DNA of 64,000 bases, from the NCBI GenBank assembly GCA_002811645.1, contig PDIP01000015.1, positions 27,753 to 91,752 of the forward strand. The letters are read 5' to 3'. This document shows positions 59,101 to 64,000 of this stretch, in pieces. Position 1 is the first letter of the stretch. Every line of letters begins with the position of its first letter. The stretch is from Corallochytrium limacisporum Hawaii (taxonomy: Eukaryota; Protista; Pluriformea). The translations under genes and the position numbers were made by a program. The notes beneath the pieces are model-generated. The model searched no databases. It saw only the letters and a list, made by a program, of their open reading frames with translations, and had not been told where the DNA came from.

Positions 59101-59962
59101 TCTGAAGATCCCTGTACTGCTGCAACGCTTCCACGTCGACATCCTCGAGATCCAGTCTCGCAGGAGGGTCAGGCATGCAGTGGACTAGTCCGTGCACGAG
59201 TGCAACCGGGGTGGTATGTATGCGATAAGTAGCAAATAAAGTGTTGGCAAAGGCCGGGTCGTATTGCTTACCTTGAATGAGCACTCGAATCAGGGCCTCC
59301 GCCGTTCCCCCGGCAATCTTCTTTTCCATGTGAAACACGGATGGTGTGATGCGGTGGTTTACCGGCATACGTTTGCTACTCGTCCTTTGATGCGCGTGCT
59401 CCCGTGGTGATGTCTGGTTCGTGGACTCGAATTCACTAACTGTCGATCCATACTTGCTCGCCTGCGAGGAAATACTTGTTCCCGAATCTGTCGTGACAAA
59501 ATCACTCTTAATTTTGGACAGAGCCATCGGGCTTGGAGGAGCTGCTCCATATGAGGAACCATGTGACAGCTTCGAAGCCGTCGAAAAGTTGCGCTTGTGA
59601 GATTTGCCAGCTTTGTGAGTGGGCTGTGGCATTTTGACCTCTGTGACCCAAACCAAATCATCAACCACTTCTGTGAGTGCTCCAGCCTTCTGTTTGTCAA
59701 GTAAACTATCCATGAGTGACTCTGTTCCATCTCCTGCGGTAAGCACAGACGAAATTGGGCTTGGCATCCCGTGCAGACTAACTGTGTTCCTATGCCGAGG
59801 AGATCGGGATTTCGTTAGGAACAGGGAGCTTCGCTTTGGCTTCTCCTTCTTCCCGTCATATGCTTTGATTGCATCATGATCTAATGACGGTGGATATGGC
59901 ATACTAAGCTGTCGTTCGCTTTTAAGGCTCTTGTGCCTGGGCTCTGATCTTGTATCACCCAT
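56177..59962 (-). CDS. RasGEF (REM + CDC25) with C-terminal RA-like domain(s), RalGDS/RGL-like
   Basis: REM GGTAEALI...LFATYRIHTTP; CDC25 AEQFLLIE, PIHRLTAMW, PLVPYLGLYLNDL, INFEK, LSEEEYYQLSLVAQP; RA-like AIKVRMLGNGIPIVKAMLV. Confidence 0.88.
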   Translation of the reverse strand: MGDTRSEPRHKSLKSERQLSMPYPPSLDHDAIKAYDGKKEKPKRSSLFLTKSRSPRHRNTVSLHGMPSPISSVLTAGDGTESLMDSLLDKQKAGALTEVVDDLVWVTEVKMPQPTHKAGKSHKRNFSTASKLSHGSSYGAAPPSPMALSKIKSDFVTTDSGTSISSQASKYGSTVSEFESTNQTSPREHAHQRTSSKRMPVNHRITPSVFHMEKKIAGGTAEALIRVLIQGKQYDPAFANTLFATYRIHTTPVALVHGLVHCMPDPPARLDLEDVDVEALQQYRDLQKRFVNIVALWTQRHAGDWADDTNGERIDLLRRGIVRVTPRPEDMLLRRQLMDYTSKILMAAKSREREQREMETNDGQEVQPNETTKTGHCKKQMVNMRDFSARRCAEQFLLIELDIFCDIKVHELLGCAWMKDTKQTHSPHIVHSIDVFNRTAKLVMHEVLFAFQADKELTSVIRAEMVQTVEFLIEVAQECINLKNIATAKAIISGLGATPIHRLTAMWAAVSFERKKEYDTMRELLSEGNNKAQLRSFQRKTPPPLVPYLGLYLNDLAMVDCAHEDLITAEQMPDVVEKMSQRETPIINFEKCRRIWGILHEVMYYQSAEVRSLGKLYQKVQKFCDWFDDLELLSEEEYYQLSLVAQPRQAATAKLLGQFMPQGRDTPTDVVKPMNNRRRGSHSRALRNSDGEPVPGINMTAASNTSLVSATEKVRLTELLSKRPQDLGEFINKHGTKVLHVNSNNRDLLNHDDPVSASKSLNPKSGEQKLRHATSSMSISEERQRRAIKVRMLGNGIPIVKAMLVQRSSTVDDVISEIVRLKYGPWTDADELLKTHCLMRSIDGDQYTMVERMSLDETLVANQQHSSVESALNVKLSNGDVSKDKDNKRTKDKDKEKHTHRRNGSLTADAGNPTGGVLQSSLSNHYFLLWPLDDEGHPMDHIRVRSYALTSAALVQFTFYCLPETPTQTLASLILGSIGMPAMRSSCTLYYETSSGLRPVEAEQLPRASDVLELSCGPDSRSGSKLNLHDPDAKEDDRRPATRPAQAQISFHIVPVDTKQSEKSTLAAGARDVSDPAPLSRTAKSCTGPEDLLAAVGATNGDDVSPSPCPGLTGLETDDSGFERSSIENGQCASGAHSHCSNPEGSVVDGTAGSDLLMAESSSENVTDDAGLQHVRSCSANADYEHPHEWRLSGGKDDLPSPPAEGKKKKPPRHQLSQSMNFTAESETKGRPSSAGAKVRDLLRAVRRKGGSNGKDKSPEL

Positions 59963-61783
59963 TCTGCCGTCCTATCGGTGTAGATTCTGTGTATGGCGTC
60001 CGTTTTCAAGTCATCATGGTTCACAAACTATATTTTCCCATTGTACGAACCACTGTTCCCTGCCGGATAAGAAAACTCTTCGCTGAAAGATCACTACATA
60101 AGTGTGTAAAAAAATTACTGTCCTTGTGGATATGTATCACTTCAGTTCCGATGTCCAAATAGCTTTCTTCATTTGAGCCCTGAGCCCCAAATGGGAGGAA
60201 AAAATGACCAACTACGACACCATATTTCGCAATTGAGTCTTCGGGACTCAAGCCTACTTTCTTCACACAAACTGACATCTGCTCTCTGTCTGTGTTCCAT
60301 GTCTTTTGCAACGCTTCACAGTAACTGTGGCGGCGATGGAAAAGCAAGTGATAGCCGACAGGTCCTGCTGCCATCGTTGGTTACGAAATTGCGGGAGTGA
60401 CAAGGGGGGAGCTCAGTGAGCAGTCAGTCGAGTTACAGCTTACTCTGCGGCCAGCTTTCGAAGCAGAAGGTTCAGTACCGAAATGGGAATTGGAGTTAGG
60501 AGGCAACTCTGTTCAGTGCGTTGAGGTTGGAAACGACCCGCTCGCCAGCTGTGTGAGAGAGATCCCCACTGATCACCGAGGCGAGTCTCTAGTCCGTTGC
60601 AAGACCATAGGATAGATAACTCTTGTGCAAGTACATTCGATTCAGTTTCGCAATCCAGCATGTTGTGGACATTCAATTTGGGACCCCTTCAAATCATGCT
60701 ATACTGCTTCATGGTGGGCATGCCTGTTGGCCTTTTACATTTCTCAGGGAATGGCGAAAGGGACGTTTCGCAGCGGGTGTTGCGCAACCTGGTAGGGATT
60801 TGTGGCCCCCTCTTTCCTCCCGAGGACATAGTGATAGACCCGGGTGCTTTGGTCTCCACAGTGCGGTCCGGGGAACCCCGGTTTCTCCTCCCTCCCCTTC
60901 CGCACCTCTACCACCCAACCTGGGTCGTTCATTGGTGGAGATTCGTTGGTACCCCCTTTCACCGCAATAGCCTGGTGCGGACGAAGGGAGGGGCCAGGGT
61001 TCCATGCGGAAAGTGGTCTATTACACGGAAGCTCGTGGCCAACTCTCCGCAACTTCTTCAATACATTTAATATAGGTTTCCATGCACTTCCGTTTTTTTT
61101 TCCTGAGTGGTGAGGCATCTCTAGATTGTGTTTCAACTTTCACGCTCCGTCCTTCCCCCTCCCCCCCCATGCCGTTTTACTAATCTCCCGTTTGTACTGG
61201 CACAGTGGCGAGATGTAATGACGCCCCGTTCGGCAGGCCTGGGAGCCTGTTCGTGCAGTTGCTGCTGGACAGCACTCCAATCTAGCTTGTGTTCCGTGTT
61301 GCCACCCACATGTAGATATGGTATCTCTTCCACACCGTACGAAATTCTGGTGTTCTTTCGCTTCACCTAAGCAAGCAGATGATACGGATCAAATGTATAT
61401 TTACTTCTCCATGTCTTGCTGGCCAATCCTGCCACGCACGAACATTGCACTTTTCCCCGTCATGTTTATCTTTGCGGTGAAGAGCACCAGTTTATTCATG
61501 CAGGACCGGTCCATCAATGTGTGTTTTGGTGCTTCGTCCGTCCTAATCTGAGACAAACTCCGTGCTATCGCACTTTGTGGCAGGTGTGGTCCTGCCGAGT
61601 TCCGCCACTAACAGGCACACATTTCTTTGTCCAGTTTCAGCACCTGATAAGGCAAGAAAGGGAAGTGCAGTGGCAGAAACGAAACACCCAAGACAAGCAC
61701 AACTCTTAACTACATAACTGTAATGGTTACTTGCATTCAATTGGTCATGATCGCTCTTGAACCCCAGACGATGACATTCTGAT

Positions 61784-62818
61784 TTACTTGGAGAAGTTCT
61801 TGGATCCGGAAGCGGCACCAACCTTGTCAGAGATGATTGTGTTTGTAATCTCATCCAGGCCAGTCACATCAAAGTTGACATGGTAAGGCTGGAAGATGTC
61901 CTTTGCGGCACCACCGTGCGTCGACAGCTTGGCCTTTTTCATGATCGCAGTGCGCTCGCCAACCCAACGAATGTACACAAACTTGGCCTGGTCGATGGAT
62001 ACAGCGCCCGCATCACGTTCGTATGCGTCGGTCACGCGCACAAGTGCGTAGGCAGCGATGTCTTCCTTGAGCTCGGAACGTACTCCAGCCAATCCCTCGG
62101 ACCCAGTGCCCAGAACCACCAACGGTTTGTTAATGTCCATATCCGGGTAGCCCGCAACCAAGAAATTGATCGCTGACTTGTCATCACGTACGTCCTTGAT
62201 GGCAGCAAGAACCTTATCCGAAGCTTCTACACCCATTGACTTACGGACAGACGAATTTACCTTCACTTGGGAGTCACCGCCAATGGTTTCCTTGGACTTC
62301 GCCAGATGGGGACTGTCCTGGAAGCTTGGTTTATTGCCTCCAACGCGCTCTGGCCTCTTGTCAGCCTCAGCCTTGTCCAAGATGCGATCGGCGGTCATGC
62401 TGGCCTCGGCCACCCGCTTTGCCAAGTCCTCGTCCGTCAGCTCTGAGGACTCAGTGATGGTATAGGCCACATGGTTTGGCTCAAAATATTTGTCCACGCT
62501 TCCCTTCACAACACCTAGGCGGCCGCGCTTAACGAATGGTACATTCTCACCGGCAAAATATACGTAAACAAACTTCACTGTTTCACTCATATCCACAGTC
62601 TCCTTGATGCGGACCAGTACATACTGGATTTGGGTCTCATTGAGGTGCTCTTTGATTTCCTCAGCTCCGCCAGTTCCCGACGCAACGATCTGTAGAGAGT
62701 TGGGATCCATATCCTTGTGGCCAGCTACTACCCAGGTGGTCTCAGACGCGTCATTGCGGACATCCTGGGTGGCAGCCTTGAATGCTGCCTCATCAATAGG
62801 CTTTGCTTCGGTTGACAT
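61784..62818 (-). CDS. Actin-binding protein with two coactosin/Abp1-type ADF-H domains
   Basis: Two homologous units (DVRND.SETTWVVAG...ASGTGG...KFVYVYFAGENV and DVRDDKSAINFLVAG...GTGSEG...KFVYIRWVGE), ending KVGAASGS. First ATG at 62818. Confidence 0.88.
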   Translation of the reverse strand: MSTEAKPIDEAAFKAATQDVRNDASETTWVVAGHKDMDPNSLQIVASGTGGAEEIKEHLNETQIQYVLVRIKETVDMSETVKFVYVYFAGENVPFVKRGRLGVVKGSVDKYFEPNHVAYTITESSELTDEDLAKRVAEASMTADRILDKAEADKRPERVGGNKPSFQDSPHLAKSKETIGGDSQVKVNSSVRKSMGVEASDKVLAAIKDVRDDKSAINFLVAGYPDMDINKPLVVLGTGSEGLAGVRSELKEDIAAYALVRVTDAYERDAGAVSIDQAKFVYIRWVGERTAIMKKAKLSTHGGAAKDIFQPYHVNFDVTGLDEITNTIISDKVGAASGSKNFSK

Positions 62819-64000
62819 TCTTACGCACAAACCTGATCAATTGTACGCAAACGGTATCTAGTTTGGTCCACTACCTAGACGTGAGCCATCAGTCAACCGT
62901 CCATAAGTACGTTCTCAAATAGACTAAGGATTGAATGCCGCCACGTGAAAATGAGGCCACGGCGCCGTGACACGACGAAAGCACATTGACTAATATCTTG
63001 TTTGAAGTCTTCTTGTTCGACATAACACCACTACCACATTGCCTGCCCGGTGCAAACCCGTACGGACCGTAGCAAATTAGCGTCCTGCCTCACTCCCTCC
63101 GAAAAGAGCCACAACATTGAATTCCATAGTGAATGTTGAAAGAATCTGGAAACGGCGAAACGGTGAGTATGAGTTTCGGAAGGCTTGCGTCGGTCTTTAT
63201 AAACTCCTGCGCTCTCTCTGTCTCCCCAGGTACTCTCTCGAAATACAGGGACCAGGTCAGCAATGGGTCGTCACTGCCTCTGATTGGCCGAAAATGCGAC
63301 CTCCGTGGAAGTGAGTGGATAAAGAAAGTGGTGGAATTATGGTACATCATATATGGGGGCGAGGGGTAGGGAGCAAGCGTACTAAACGACAAGAAAACTA
63401 CGACCCGGGGAGATATTGGGGGGGGGGCCAAGTAGCAAAGTGGCTTTTGGCTCCTGTGTGTTCCTTTGGTGTAAAAAGGGAGATTTCCGCTAATTTGATA
63501 TACCGCAAGGAAAGTCGGTGCTTTGGTTTAGCCAGCATACTGAGAATCATTGAACAACGATGCCTATCGGTCTCACTGGGAGGTGAACTGGATCGTTAAA
63601 TCATCCGGAACGTTACAAAATCACCCGCACTGAGGCAGTCTCCCCCGAAAATTTGCTTGCGACCAGGTCCCAAGGTCGGTGCCCAGTCTTCGTGTGTCAC
63701 CGATTTCCCTCCAAGCAGCCCTCGTCTCCTCCACGGAAGCGGGAGCGGTGAGGGGCGTCAAAGGCTGCGCGCAGTCAGAGACCCACCTTTTCTTTTTTTG
63801 TCAGTTTTGGTCCCCTCCCTACCTGCAACTTCAAGCCGCCCATCTTTAGTCGATTTTCATATTCAAATGGGCGGTCGGTGGTTTTCGCGTGTGTGTGTGT
63901 GTGCATCCGCCCGTACCGTGCTGCAATTTTGTAAAAAGACCTTCAGTCTCACATTCTTGCCGGGCTCCCTAAGTCACTTCGTCGTGGCGCCCCGGGGGGG

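Overview
Compact eukaryotic nuclear DNA in which every coding sequence is intron-free. It holds 18 complete protein genes, one partial gene at the left edge and one clear pseudogene. In order: RanBP3-like (partial), PSPH, FMO, HMG20-like, UTP10/HEATR1, DCTD, DOHH, RPS8, SOUL, MAPEG, XPR1/SYG1, TTLL9 pseudogene, PX-BAR sorting nexin, a degenerate kinesin-like protein, TRABD, a YHS-Ctr copper transporter, an ankyrin-DHHC palmitoyltransferase, myosin X, a RalGDS-like GEF and a double-ADF-H coactosin-like protein. Animal-type genes (Myo10, RalGDS-like, HMG20) combined with no coding introns suggest a unicellular holozoan. Corallochytrium is my best guess; this is inference and not verified. Highlights: (1) the cilium-associated tubulin glutamylase TTLL9 carries four separate inactivating lesions, suggesting flagellar-toolkit decay in progress; (2) an intact 760-aa ORF has a colinear but apparently catalytically dead kinesin motor fold; (3) a recurrent promoter pattern of C(n)G(n) palindromes at a GC-skew switch, including orphan copies in long ORF-free intervals; (4) a Ctr transporter fused to tandem YHS/TRASH metal-binding domains. 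I found no rRNA, tRNA, CRISPR array or transposon. There is one 52-N assembly gap. Protein identities rest on motifs I recognised by eye, not on database searches.
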